DNA of 64,000 nt from Pseudomonadota bacterium (GCA_040384265.1 JAZKJM010000003.1:15919-79918); one strand, 5' to 3'. Counted from the stretch's first letter, positions 16,119-24,864 are shown. Numbers and translations: made by a program. The notes: a model not told the origin generated them from the letters alone.

Positions 16119-18350
16119 ATGAAGCGTCGCGGATTTTCACTAGTCGAAATGTCGATTGCGCTTGTGGGAGCGGGCCTATTAGCGGGTGTGGTGCTGACGA
16201 TGACCTCGGCCAGCACCCGTTCGGGTTGCTACGAAACCACCCAGGCTCAGCTCACCACCATCAAGGATTCCCTGCAGAAATACGCCCAGCAGAACGACCG
16301 CTACCCGCTACCCGCCAACCGCCGCCTCGGTGTCAGCGATCCGAACTTTGGCCGCGAAGCGACCGTCCCCACCGACATCGACACCGATGCCACCACCGGC
16401 ATCTCCTATGGTGCGCTGCCGTTCCAGGCGCTCGGCCTGCCGACCTCCTTTGCCGCCGATTGCTGGGACAATAAATTCACCTACGCCGTGACCACCGCCT
16501 ACACCACCAGCGCCGGCTTCCTCGACCATGCCAAAACCGGCGCCATCGCCATCAACAGCACCGCCGCCGCTGCGCTGCTGCCCGAAGCGGCCTATGCTGT
16601 CATCAGCCACGGGCAGGACGGTATCGGCGCGGTGAAACGCAACTATGCCGGTGCCAGTAAGGAATGGTGCCTGACCGCCGCCACCGCCGCGCTCGCCCCA
16701 CTGCAGACCAAAAACTGCGGGCTGCTGCCCACCCTGATCGCCAGCCAGTTCAACGATGGCAAAAACAGCGGCGACCAGTATTACGACGACCTCGTCGCCT
16801 ATAACGGTCGCCCGCAAGTCCTGCCCTGCACCCTGCCCGCGCGTGTCGACTGGACCGTCAGCGGCAACGCATGCGCGGCCAAGCCCGACAACACCAGCCA
16901 CCAGATGACGAACTTCGACACCATCGCCAACGTGCTCAATGATGTCACCCTCGCCGCAGGCTATAGCGGCAAGGTCTCCGTACTGTGCAAAAATGGCGTC
17001 GTCGACCCCGTGCTTGACGGCAGCGAGACATGCATACCGCTACCATGCACGGTTAGCACCACCCTGACATGGCTAACTGGTGGCAACGAATGTAGCGCCA
17101 CGGCCACCGCCAGCAGCACTGCCCCCGTTGATAATGGCGCCACCGTCGCACTCACCACCACCGGTGGCACCACCAGCAACAGCGGCACCGCAACCGCCAC
17201 CTGCGATCACGGCACGTTTAAACTGGATCCAAGCGTTGTTCAAACCTGCAACCTGCCCGCCTGCAAACCCTTCTTCGCACCCTCCATGGAAACCAAGAGC
17301 GAAGGCAGCGGATTTGCCTTGGTCAGCACCGACGGAATCCGAGTGTGGCATGGGTCTGGAACCAATAACTATAGCATGCTTCCCCTCAAAACGACGCACA
17401 TATCCTCAGGCGGCATCCCGACCACCAATGCCCTTGTGCAGCTTGTGTTTGGCCCATGGGCCGGGGGCTATAACGATACTGAGGGGCGCCTCACCCCCAC
17501 CAGCAGTGGCAAATGGGAACTAACCGCCCCCTTGCCGGGCAACTGGCGCAATGACGGCGGCGTCGGTGTCTATGATACCCTCTATACGCTTACCGTCTAC
17601 GACATGGAAACCCTGACAAGCGCCCAGATGGACTCCGCCCATTACGATGACCATGTGTCGGTCGAGGTCAATGGTGTGCAGGTTTTCAATAGCGAAGGCG
17701 GCTCTATGCTCGAGGTCCCTGCATCGTTGGGAGGGGCGTATATGAAGCCCTCCCCTGGCGGTTTGGTCCAAACCTGCTCGGATGCCACCTATGACCAATC
17801 GCCTCCCGTGGAATCGGGCGATAGCAGCCCCACGTATCCCGCCCCCACCATCTCATGCCTGACCGGCGGAGAAACAGGTAGTGCACGTTCCAGTTACAAC
17901 GCTGTGAATATTAAGCCCTACCTGCATGCTGGCGCAAACATCATCAAGGTGCGCACCATCATTGGCGGGCTTGGCCATGGTGTTGTGTATATGAGCGCCA
18001 GTTCCCGCGCCCCGGCCACCCCTGCGACATCCTGCGCAACGGGTAACTGGGCGCTCGGCCCCTACAGCGCCTGCTCCGCCTCGTGCGGTGGCGGCACCAT
18101 AACGGCGAGCTATTACTGCACCGGCGGCACGGGCGAATGCACCAGCCCACAACCCGCCACTCTAACGCAGGCCTGCAACACGCAAGCATGCGGCCAGTGC
18201 AACACCTGCAGCAATGGCGCAGTTCCCTTAGTGCGGGTGGGCGGCAACAAAGAGAACAAAACCTACACCACCTATTGCGCGGATGGCAGCCCCTACACCT
18301 CCTGCGCCCCGCCACCCGTAGAATACCAAAACAGCAGCGGCGACCGCTAG
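16119..18350 (+). CDS. Large prepilin-type protein (paralogue 5): pilin module fused to Cys-rich repeats, a jelly-roll-like domain and a thrombospondin type-1-like repeat
   Basis: MKRRG|FSLVEMSIALVGAGLLAG at ATG 16119. Blocks RYPLPA, GALPFQALGLPTSFAADCWDNKFTYAVT, YAVISHGQDGIGAV and YYDDLVAY. Then two tandem units of about 70 aa (nt 16821-17264). Then a segment with HYDDHVSVEVNGVQVF...NIIKVRTIIGG. Then WALGPYSACSASCGGGTITASYYCTGGTGECTSPQPATLTQACNTQAC (nt 18033-18191), with six Cys spaced x3/x10/x6/x11/x4 as in TSP1 repeats. Confidence 0.7.
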   Translation: MKRRGFSLVEMSIALVGAGLLAGVVLTMTSASTRSGCYETTQAQLTTIKDSLQKYAQQNDRYPLPANRRLGVSDPNFGREATVPTDIDTDATTGISYGALPFQALGLPTSFAADCWDNKFTYAVTTAYTTSAGFLDHAKTGAIAINSTAAAALLPEAAYAVISHGQDGIGAVKRNYAGASKEWCLTAATAALAPLQTKNCGLLPTLIASQFNDGKNSGDQYYDDLVAYNGRPQVLPCTLPARVDWTVSGNACAAKPDNTSHQMTNFDTIANVLNDVTLAAGYSGKVSVLCKNGVVDPVLDGSETCIPLPCTVSTTLTWLTGGNECSATATASSTAPVDNGATVALTTTGGTTSNSGTATATCDHGTFKLDPSVVQTCNLPACKPFFAPSMETKSEGSGFALVSTDGIRVWHGSGTNNYSMLPLKTTHISSGGIPTTNALVQLVFGPWAGGYNDTEGRLTPTSSGKWELTAPLPGNWRNDGGVGVYDTLYTLTVYDMETLTSAQMDSAHYDDHVSVEVNGVQVFNSEGGSMLEVPASLGGAYMKPSPGGLVQTCSDATYDQSPPVESGDSSPTYPAPTISCLTGGETGSARSSYNAVNIKPYLHAGANIIKVRTIIGGLGHGVVYMSASSRAPATPATSCATGNWALGPYSACSASCGGGTITASYYCTGGTGECTSPQPATLTQACNTQACGQCNTCSNGAVPLVRVGGNKENKTYTTYCADGSPYTSCAPPPVEYQNSSGDR

Positions 18351-18386
18351 CCCCTCCCCCAACCTGACATTTTCGTAATCTAGCCC

Positions 18387-18414
18387 CTTGCATCTGGCGC
18401 GGGCTGCCTTATTT
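18387..18414 (+). promoter_or_regulatory. Putative RpoH (sigma-32)-type heat-shock promoter of dnaKJ
   Basis: CTTG (18387-18390), a 17-nt spacer, then CTTATTT (18408-18414). This matches the alphaproteobacterial heat-shock consensus CTTG-N17/18-CYTATNT as I recall it. It lies about 83 nt upstream of the dnaK ATG. Confidence 0.45.
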
Positions 18415-18496
18415 AGTCCCTCGTAGCCGGTATGGCTCATGGACTTAACCGCTCGCGGCACTGCCGCAGCACCAATAAAAAAAGGGATGAAAGACA

Positions 18497-20422
18497 ATGG
18501 CAAAAGTAATCGGCATCGATTTAGGCACCACCAACTCCTGCGTCGCCATCATGGAAGGCGGCAGCGCCAAAGTGCTTGAAAACGCGGAAGGCGCCCGCAC
18601 CACCCCGTCGATCGTGGCCTTCACCGGCGACGGCGAGCGCCTCGTCGGCCAGAGCGCCAAGCGCCAGGCCGTCACCAACCCGGAGAACACCATCTTCGCC
18701 GTCAAGCGCCTGATCGGCCGCACGTTCGACGATCCGACGACGCAAAAAGACGCCAAGCTCGTGCCGTATAAAATCTCGCGTTCCGAGAACGGTGACGCCT
18801 GGGTGGAATCGCGCGGCGAAAAATACAGCCCGTCGCAAATCTCCGCCTTTACGCTGGGCAAAATGAAAGAAACCGCCGAGAATTATCTCGGTGAAAAAGT
18901 GACGGATGCAGTTATCACCGTTCCCGCCTACTTCAACGACGCCCAGCGTCAGGCCACCAAGGATGCCGGCAAAATCGCCGGTCTCAACGTGCTGCGCATT
19001 ATCAACGAACCGACCGCTGCGGCGTTGGCCTATGGCTTCGAGAAAAAAGACGGCCAGACCATCGCGGTCTACGATTTGGGCGGCGGCACGTTCGACGTGT
19101 CCGTGCTCGAAATCGGGGATGGCGTGTTCGAAGTGAAATCCACCAACGGCGACACGTTCCTCGGCGGTGAAGATTTCGATATGCGCATCGTCGATTTCCT
19201 CGCCGATGAGTTCAAGCGCGAGCAAGGCATCGACCTGCGCAAGGACACGATGGCGCTGCAACGCCTGAAAAGCGCAGCCGAAAAAGCGAAAATCGAGCTG
19301 TCGAGCACCCAGCAGACCGACATCAACGAGCCGTTCATCACCGCCGATGCCTCGGGCCCGAAACATTTGACCATCAAACTCACCCGCGCCAAGCTCGAAT
19401 CGCTGGTCGATGACCTGATCCAACGCACCATGGAGCCTTGCAAAAAGGCCCTCAAGGATGCGGGCGTGGATGCCAGCGCCATCGACGAAGTGGTGCTGGT
19501 CGGCGGCATGAGCCGCATGCCCAAAGTCATCGAAATGGTGAAAAACTTCTTCGGCAAAGACCCGCATCGCGGCGTGAACCCAGATGAAGTCGTCGCCATC
19601 GGCGCGGCCATTCAGGGCGGCGTGCTCAAAGGCGAAGTCAAAGATGTGCTGCTGCTGGACGTAACCCCGCTCAGCCTCGGCATCGAAACCCTCGGCGGCG
19701 TGTTCACCCGCCTGATCGACCGCAACACCACCATCCCGACCAAGAAGTCGCAAACCTTCTCGACGGCGGATGACAACCAGACCGCCGTTACCATCCGCGT
19801 CTTCCAGGGTGAGCGCGAAATGGCGGCGGATAACAAAGTGCTCGGCCAGTTCGACCTCGTCGGCCTGCCTGCCGCCCCGCGTGGTATGCCGCAGATCGAA
19901 GTCACCTTCGACATCGATGCCAACGGTATCGTCAATGTTTCGGCGAAGGATAAAGCCACCGGCAAGGAGCAACAGATCCGCATCCAGGCCTCCGGCGGCC
20001 TGAGCGACGCCGACATCGACAAAATGGTAAAAGAAGCGGAAGCCAACGCCTCCGCCGATAAGGAAAAACGCGCCCTCATCGAAGCCAGGAACAAGGCCGA
20101 AGCCCTTGCCCATGAAGCCGAGAAGAACGTGCGTGAGCATGGCAGCCTGGTTGGCGATTCGGAGAAAAACCAGATCGAAGCCGACATCAAAGCCGTGCGC
20201 GATGTGCTGGAATCCTCCGACAAAGCCGACATCGAGGCCAAGGCGCAAGCCCTCAGCCAGTCGATGATGAAGCTCGGCGAAGCCATCTACAAAGCCCAGT
20301 CCTCGGCCGCACCGACCGGCGACACCAGCCACACCGAAGCCCCGACAGGCAATGCCGGCCCGGATGGCGACGTGGTCGATGCCCAGTTCGAAGACGTGTC
20401 CGACGACAAGAAATCGAACTAG
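18497..20422 (+). CDS. dnaK: Molecular chaperone DnaK (Hsp70)
   Basis: [58 protein letters not shown]. Full-length 641 aa. Confidence 0.98.
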   Translation: MAKVIGIDLGTTNSCVAIMEGGSAKVLENAEGARTTPSIVAFTGDGERLVGQSAKRQAVTNPENTIFAVKRLIGRTFDDPTTQKDAKLVPYKISRSENGDAWVESRGEKYSPSQISAFTLGKMKETAENYLGEKVTDAVITVPAYFNDAQRQATKDAGKIAGLNVLRIINEPTAAALAYGFEKKDGQTIAVYDLGGGTFDVSVLEIGDGVFEVKSTNGDTFLGGEDFDMRIVDFLADEFKREQGIDLRKDTMALQRLKSAAEKAKIELSSTQQTDINEPFITADASGPKHLTIKLTRAKLESLVDDLIQRTMEPCKKALKDAGVDASAIDEVVLVGGMSRMPKVIEMVKNFFGKDPHRGVNPDEVVAIGAAIQGGVLKGEVKDVLLLDVTPLSLGIETLGGVFTRLIDRNTTIPTKKSQTFSTADDNQTAVTIRVFQGEREMAADNKVLGQFDLVGLPAAPRGMPQIEVTFDIDANGIVNVSAKDKATGKEQQIRIQASGGLSDADIDKMVKEAEANASADKEKRALIEARNKAEALAHEAEKNVREHGSLVGDSEKNQIEADIKAVRDVLESSDKADIEAKAQALSQSMMKLGEAIYKAQSSAAPTGDTSHTEAPTGNAGPDGDVVDAQFEDVSDDKKSN

Positions 20423-20426
20423 TGAC

Positions 20427-20460
20427 ATTCCCTCCCCTGTAACGGGGGAGGGAATTTACT
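20427..20460 (+). terminator. Stem-loop after dnaK (possible attenuating or intrinsic terminator)
   Basis: ATTCCCTCCCC (20427-20437), loop TGTAACG, GGGGAGGGAAT (20445-20455), followed by TTTACT. The 11-bp stem is perfect but the U-tract is weak. Confidence 0.45.
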
Positions 20461-20500
20461 CCCTTGACCATCCACCCCTAAATCCCTAAGAACCCGCCCT

Positions 20501-21661
20501 ATGGCCGATGATTTTTACACCACCCTGGGCGTCGCCAAAGGGGCAAGCGAGGATGAGCTTAAGAAAGCCTACCGCAAGCTCGCCATGCAATTCCATCCGG
20601 ATCGCAACGCTGGCAACGCCGAGGCCGAGAAGAAATTCAAAGCTGTCAGCGAAGCCTATGACGTGCTCAAAGACCCGCAAAAACGCGCCGCCTACGACCG
20701 TTTCGGCCACGATGCGTTTGCCGGTGGCATGGGCGGCGGCGGTCAGGGCGGCGGGTTCTCCGGCTTCTCCGGCGGCGGCAGTTTCTCCGATATTTTCGAG
20801 GATCTGTTCAGCGAATTCACCGGCAGCCGCGGCGGCCGTGGCAATGCCAACGCCCAGGCCCAAGCCAGCGCCACCCGTGGTTCCGACCTGCGCTACAACC
20901 TCGATATCGAGCTGGAAGATGCCTTCAAAGGCAAGCAGCAGAACATCAAAATCACCACCAGCGCCAGCTGCGACACCTGCAACGGCAACGGCTCGGAAAA
21001 AGGCACCAGCGCCGAAACCTGCGCCACCTGTTCCGGCCGCGGCACCGTGCGCGCCCAGCAAGGCTTCTTCACGGTCGAGCGCGGCTGCTCCACCTGCCAG
21101 GGCACCGGCAAAGTCATCAAAAATCCGTGCAAAACCTGCGCCGGTTCCGGCCGCGTGCGGAAAGAAAAAACCCTCAGCGTCACCATCCCGGCCGGGGTCG
21201 AGGAAGGCACCCGCATCCGCCTTGCGGGCGAGGGCGAAGCCGGTTTCCGCGGCGGCCCGGCGGGCGATCTCTATATTTTCCTGTCGATCAAGCCGCACCG
21301 CATCTTCAAGCGCGACGGCGCCAATATCTATTGCGGCGTGCCGCTCAAGCTCTCCACCGCCACCCTGGGCGGTCATATCGAAGTGCCGACCATCGATGGC
21401 GGGCGCGTCAAAGTCACCATTCCTGAAGGCACCCAGACCGGCCACCAGTTCCGCCTCAAAGGCAAGGGCATGAGCGTGCTGCGCAGCCAGGCCAAAGGCG
21501 ACATGTATATCGAGGTCGCGGTCGAAACGCCGGTCAACCTCAACAAAAAACAAAAAGAATTGCTGCGCGAATTCGATACCACCAGCGGCAAGGAAACCAG
21601 CCCGGAATCCGAAGGCTTCTTCTCACGCGTCAAAGAATTCTGGGAAGATTTGAAGGAATAG
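20501..21661 (+). CDS. dnaJ: Molecular chaperone DnaJ (Hsp40)
   Basis: J domain with HPD ([13 protein letters not shown]), a Gly-rich linker, four CxxCxGxG zinc-finger repeats ([32 protein letters not shown]) and a C-terminal substrate-binding domain. Confidence 0.97.
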   Translation: MADDFYTTLGVAKGASEDELKKAYRKLAMQFHPDRNAGNAEAEKKFKAVSEAYDVLKDPQKRAAYDRFGHDAFAGGMGGGGQGGGFSGFSGGGSFSDIFEDLFSEFTGSRGGRGNANAQAQASATRGSDLRYNLDIELEDAFKGKQQNIKITTSASCDTCNGNGSEKGTSAETCATCSGRGTVRAQQGFFTVERGCSTCQGTGKVIKNPCKTCAGSGRVRKEKTLSVTIPAGVEEGTRIRLAGEGEAGFRGGPAGDLYIFLSIKPHRIFKRDGANIYCGVPLKLSTATLGGHIEVPTIDGGRVKVTIPEGTQTGHQFRLKGKGMSVLRSQAKGDMYIEVAVETPVNLNKKQKELLREFDTTSGKETSPESEGFFSRVKEFWEDLKE

Positions 21662-21664
21662 CGT

Positions 21665-22177
21665 TTAGCGCTGCTGGCCTTGCGAGGGCGCGGTGGCCAG
21701 CGCTGCCGCAAAGCTTTCCAGCGCATCATGCTGCTTCAGATAGCTGGTCTCAGGCATCCAGACACTCACCAGTTTATTGCTAATATCAAACGTCGCATCC
21801 TGCAGCCCCAGCCGCAACAGGGCATTCTCCATCCGCTGCTCAGCCTGCCGCTCATCCTTAAACCCGACATCAATAAAGGGGAACCGGCGAATACGCATCG
21901 GCGTGCCCGTTCCCACGCGCAGACTCCATGGCTTCGGACTAAAAAGAGTGGTGCATATCTCATGGTCAATTGCATCCAGCGGCCAGGACGGCGTCGCCTG
22001 CGCATGATCGGGCACACTTGCCAACGCCCGCCACCTCTCCAAATCATCGCTATGCTTTACAAAATTGACGCGCCTCACCTTACCTTCCGTCTCCATGACG
22101 TAACTGGCGCAATGCCGCCTTGGGCCAGTAGATGGCTTTACGCCCGCCGCATACGATGCTGGTTTTTCATCGCTCAT
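21665..22177 (-). CDS. Hypothetical protein (170 aa), no recognisable motif
   Basis: Intact ORF with GGAGG about 10 nt upstream of the ATG. Its stop lies 3 nt from the dnaJ stop (convergent). Lower GC than flanking genes. Confidence 0.45.
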   Translation of the reverse strand: MSDEKPASYAAGVKPSTGPRRHCASYVMETEGKVRRVNFVKHSDDLERWRALASVPDHAQATPSWPLDAIDHEICTTLFSPKPWSLRVGTGTPMRIRRFPFIDVGFKDERQAEQRMENALLRLGLQDATFDISNKLVSVWMPETSYLKQHDALESFAAALATAPSQGQQR

Positions 22178-22259
22178 CGTTGCCTGCCTCCCGCCTCAAC
22201 CCCATCACCGCCTCCGTTGTCTATCCATCGTGCCCGCAAACCATGGCCCGCGCATACCG

Positions 22260-22730
22260 CTACGGCCCTGACCTCTCATTGAGCAAAAACTGTCGGCTGA
22301 CCTTATTGTATTGATCGACTGGCACCTGCAACTCGATGGCCGCATGGTGCGGTTTGCCCACAGCATTCACGCGCACGCGGCCACCATCGGCCACCCCCAC
22401 CCCCTTCAGCACACGCTCCATGCTCTTGGCGATAGTAATAAGATCCTGCGTCGGAAGCTGCCTAAACTCCGAACGATCAATCGCTTGCTCATAATACTCC
22501 CTGCCAAGAATCGGGCCATTCCAACGCTCACGTTGAAACACGAGTTTCTTCACTGCCTCGTCCAGTTGGTGCTGCACACGCTGCGCACCCAGCGGTGCGG
22601 GAGCATCCGCCACATGCCCACGCCCTTGGGAAATCAGCCGCTGGGGCTGAAAGTTTACTTGGACAACGTTATTACCTGATTTGCCTGACATAAATTCACA
22701 GCCTTTAAAAAATATCACGCGTGTGTTCAC
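22260..22730 (-). CDS. Hypothetical protein (about 143-156 aa), no recognisable motif
   Basis: Intact ORF co-oriented with 21665-22177. Start ambiguous (GTG 22730 or ATG 22691). A sampled 60-nt line gives about 50% G+C. Confidence 0.4.
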   Translation of the reverse strand: MNTRVIFFKGCEFMSGKSGNNVVQVNFQPQRLISQGRGHVADAPAPLGAQRVQHQLDEAVKKLVFQRERWNGPILGREYYEQAIDRSEFRQLPTQDLITIAKSMERVLKGVGVADGGRVRVNAVGKPHHAAIELQVPVDQYNKVSRQFLLNERSGP

Positions 22731-22785
22731 GCTTTGCTTTTGTCGGATTGATGGCTAATCATAGCAGCAACCAGCAAGGATATGT

Positions 22786-23595
22786 ATGACAGTTCCGTTA
22801 AAAATCGCCCTTTCGGGCGCCAGTGGCCGCATGGGCATTGCCCTCATCAAGGCGCTGTCCACCCACCCGACACTGGAGCTGGTCGCCGCCGGTATCCGCC
22901 CGGGCACGCAGGCGCTCACCCACAGCCAGTTCGAGAATGCCGGTGTCAGCTTCGCCGCCACCCTCACGGTGGAAGCCACCGCCGCCCTGTTCGAGCAGGC
23001 GGATGCGATCATCGATTTTTCCACCCCCGAACACACGGTCGGCCTTGCGGCGCTGGCCGCCATGCACCGTAAAATCCTCGTTTCGGGCACCACTGGCCTT
23101 AACAGCACGCAAAAAGAGGCGCTTATCCGCGCCGGGGAGCAAACCCGCGTGGTCTGGTCGGCCAACATGTCGGTCGGGGTCAATGTGCTAATGGCGCTGG
23201 TCGAGCGCACCGCCCACACGCTCGGGCCGGATGCGGATATCGAAATCGTCGAAATGCATCACCGCCACAAGGTGGATGCGCCGTCGGGCACCGCGCTCGC
23301 GCTGGGTGAAGCCGCCGCCCAGGGCCGTGGCATTTCCTTAAACGACCATGCCATAAAATCCCGCGACGGCCATACCGGCGCACGCGCGCAGGGCAGCATC
23401 GGTTTTGCAACCTTGCGCGGGGGCGATGTGATCGGCGACCACAGCGTCATTTTCGCCAGTCAGGGAGAGCGGCTGGAACTGTCGCACAAAGCCTCCAACC
23501 GCGACATTTTCGCCAAAGGCGCCCTCGTCGCCGCCGAATGGGCCGCCGCCAAACCCAACGGGTTTTACACCATGCGGGATGTGGTGAAGCTGTAG
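22786..23595 (+). CDS. dapB: 4-hydroxy-tetrahydrodipicolinate reductase
   Basis: N-terminal Rossmann motif KIALSGASGRMG. Catalytic signature EIVEMHHRHKVDAPSGTAL. 269 aa. Confidence 0.95.
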   Translation: MTVPLKIALSGASGRMGIALIKALSTHPTLELVAAGIRPGTQALTHSQFENAGVSFAATLTVEATAALFEQADAIIDFSTPEHTVGLAALAAMHRKILVSGTTGLNSTQKEALIRAGEQTRVVWSANMSVGVNVLMALVERTAHTLGPDADIEIVEMHHRHKVDAPSGTALALGEAAAQGRGISLNDHAIKSRDGHTGARAQGSIGFATLRGGDVIGDHSVIFASQGERLELSHKASNRDIFAKGALVAAEWAAAKPNGFYTMRDVVKL

Positions 23596-23599
23596 CGCG

Positions 23600-23893
23600 C
23601 TAAAGGCGCGTCAAAATCTGGTCGACAAACGCCGCTTCCACATCCGCATAGCGCGATTGTTTGACGCCTTCGAGCGCCACAAACTCGCGCCCCTGCTCGC
23701 GGAAGAACTTGGGAATAAACCCCAGCTCATCAAACCGATTGGCAATGCACGCCTTCATGTGCACATCGCTCACTGCGATCGGCTTCACAAACGTCGCCTG
23801 CCCGCCGATTTCATGTTTTTCCCACTCGCTACGCGCGCCAAACACCTGCGCATCCACCAGCGATTTCAACTGTATCTCACCGATCGGTGCCAT
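23600..23893 (-). CDS. Hypothetical protein (97 aa)
   Basis: Intact ORF with GGGAG 7 nt upstream of the ATG. Ends 4 nt from the dapB stop (convergent). No motif recognised. Confidence 0.5.
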   Translation of the reverse strand: MAPIGEIQLKSLVDAQVFGARSEWEKHEIGGQATFVKPIAVSDVHMKACIANRFDELGFIPKFFREQGREFVALEGVKQSRYADVEAAFVDQILTRL

Positions 23894-23989
23894 AACCGTC
23901 TCCCATGTCTAAACCCCGACCCTAACCCATGGGTGGTAAAGATTTAGTTAAGACGCGTGGGAACACTAAAAAATGAATAGCGTCAGGCG

Positions 23990-24049
23990 AGCCGTGCGCA
24001 GCGCGACTGCGCGAAGCCGGAGCGAACGAGGGCGGGGGCTGGACGCCCC
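23990..24049 (-). repeat. GC-rich REP-like intergenic repeat, copy A
   Basis: The reverse complement GGGGCGTCCAGCCCCCGCCCTCGTTCGCTCCGGCTTCGCGCAGTCGCGCTGCGCACGGCT aligns with 43315-43415 (copy B). It contains two internal hairpins: GGGGC/GCCCC and GCGCAG/CTGCGC. Confidence 0.6.
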
Positions 24050-24076
24050 TTGCGGCAACGCCGCCAACCAATACTA

Positions 24077-24121
24077 AAGCTATGGGATGACTAGCGGATA
24101 GCGCTAGTCATCCCATAGCTT
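24077..24121. terminator. Perfect 20-bp-stem hairpin overlapping the stop of the 120-aa ORF (bidirectional terminator or protein-binding palindrome)
   Basis: AAGCTATGGGATGACTAGCG (24077-24096), loop GATAG, CGCTAGTCATCCCATAGCTT (24102-24121). No U-tract. The right arm encodes the last 5 codons and stop of the 24104-24466 ORF. Confidence 0.5.
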
Positions 24122-24466
24122 CGGTTGCGGCACCGCATAGGTTGGCGGGGGGGCGGTTTTGGGGCGGGGGACGTCGATCATGTTGTGGGTGACGGCCATT
24201 TCGGAACGCATCTCGGCGGTGGGTTCGCCTTTGCCGGCGGCCAGCACCGTGCCATATTCGGCGGGCATGAAATCCTCGGTCTTGCGCATTTTGTCGCGCA
24301 GCTGCTGCAGCGAGCGCAGGCTTAATTCGAGATAGGTAAATATCTGATCATTATAGACATTTTTGCCTTGAAGCAGGATCACCACTTTTTCATCGAGCAA
24401 GGCCTCATCCAACTCGACCGGAGTTGAATTTTTGCTGAATGCGCTTGTTTTCCAAGTGGTGTTCAT
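24104..24466 (-). CDS. Hypothetical protein (120 aa), Pro-rich C-terminus
   Basis: Intact ORF in a lower-GC islet, co-oriented with the ORFs on either side. No motif recognised. Confidence 0.5.
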   Translation of the reverse strand: MNTTWKTSAFSKNSTPVELDEALLDEKVVILLQGKNVYNDQIFTYLELSLRSLQQLRDKMRKTEDFMPAEYGTVLAAGKGEPTAEMRSEMAVTHNMIDVPRPKTAPPPTYAVPQPKLWDD

Positions 24467-24555
24467 GGCCTGTCACTATCCTGCATAGGCCGCAAACTAT
24501 AAAGTTTGAAATGTCGAAAGGGAAGATTTTTCGCGCGATTTAGCGCAAACGTGGC

Positions 24556-24792
24556 TTATGCGACGCTTTGGCCATTACCCGACTCACGGGTTTTGGCACG
24601 ATTCTCGAGGCCGGAAGCAATGTCAGTCACTGCTTGGGTGTATTTAGGAACCTCATTCATGCTGCCGCGCGTTTGGATAACGAGCTGAGCCATTTTTGCA
24701 TCTTCGTGATTGTCCGTAAGAATTGCGTTTACCAGCATAGCCGTGATCTTATCACCCGACGCCGACGAAACCTGTTGCAGTTGGACAGTCAT
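24556..24792 (-). CDS. Hypothetical small protein (78 aa)
   Basis: Strong Shine-Dalgarno: on the minus strand, TAGGAGCACAGGT-ATG. First gene of a three-ORF minus-strand string. About 46% G+C by eye. Confidence 0.5.
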   Translation of the reverse strand: MTVQLQQVSSASGDKITAMLVNAILTDNHEDAKMAQLVIQTRGSMNEVPKYTQAVTDIASGLENRAKTRESGNGQSVA

Positions 24793-24864
24793 ACCTGTGC
24801 TCCTAAAAACCGATGCGTTTCCCGCTTATTCTTAACTTTACCGAAACTTCACTAAAAATTCGTT

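Noticed and set aside
18521-20428. 635-aa ORF antisense to dnaK
   Set aside because: It fully overlaps an unmistakable dnaK on the other strand. Long antisense ORFs opposite hsp70 genes are a known compositional artefact of high-GC codon bias. The protein is a low-complexity Gly/Ala/Arg/His-rich string with no motif.
20486-21553. 355-aa antisense ORF and 321-aa alternative-frame ORF (20508-21473) over dnaJ
   Set aside because: Both overlap the bona fide dnaJ frame. Ala/Gly/Arg/Pro-rich translations are typical of off-frame reading of GC-rich DNA.
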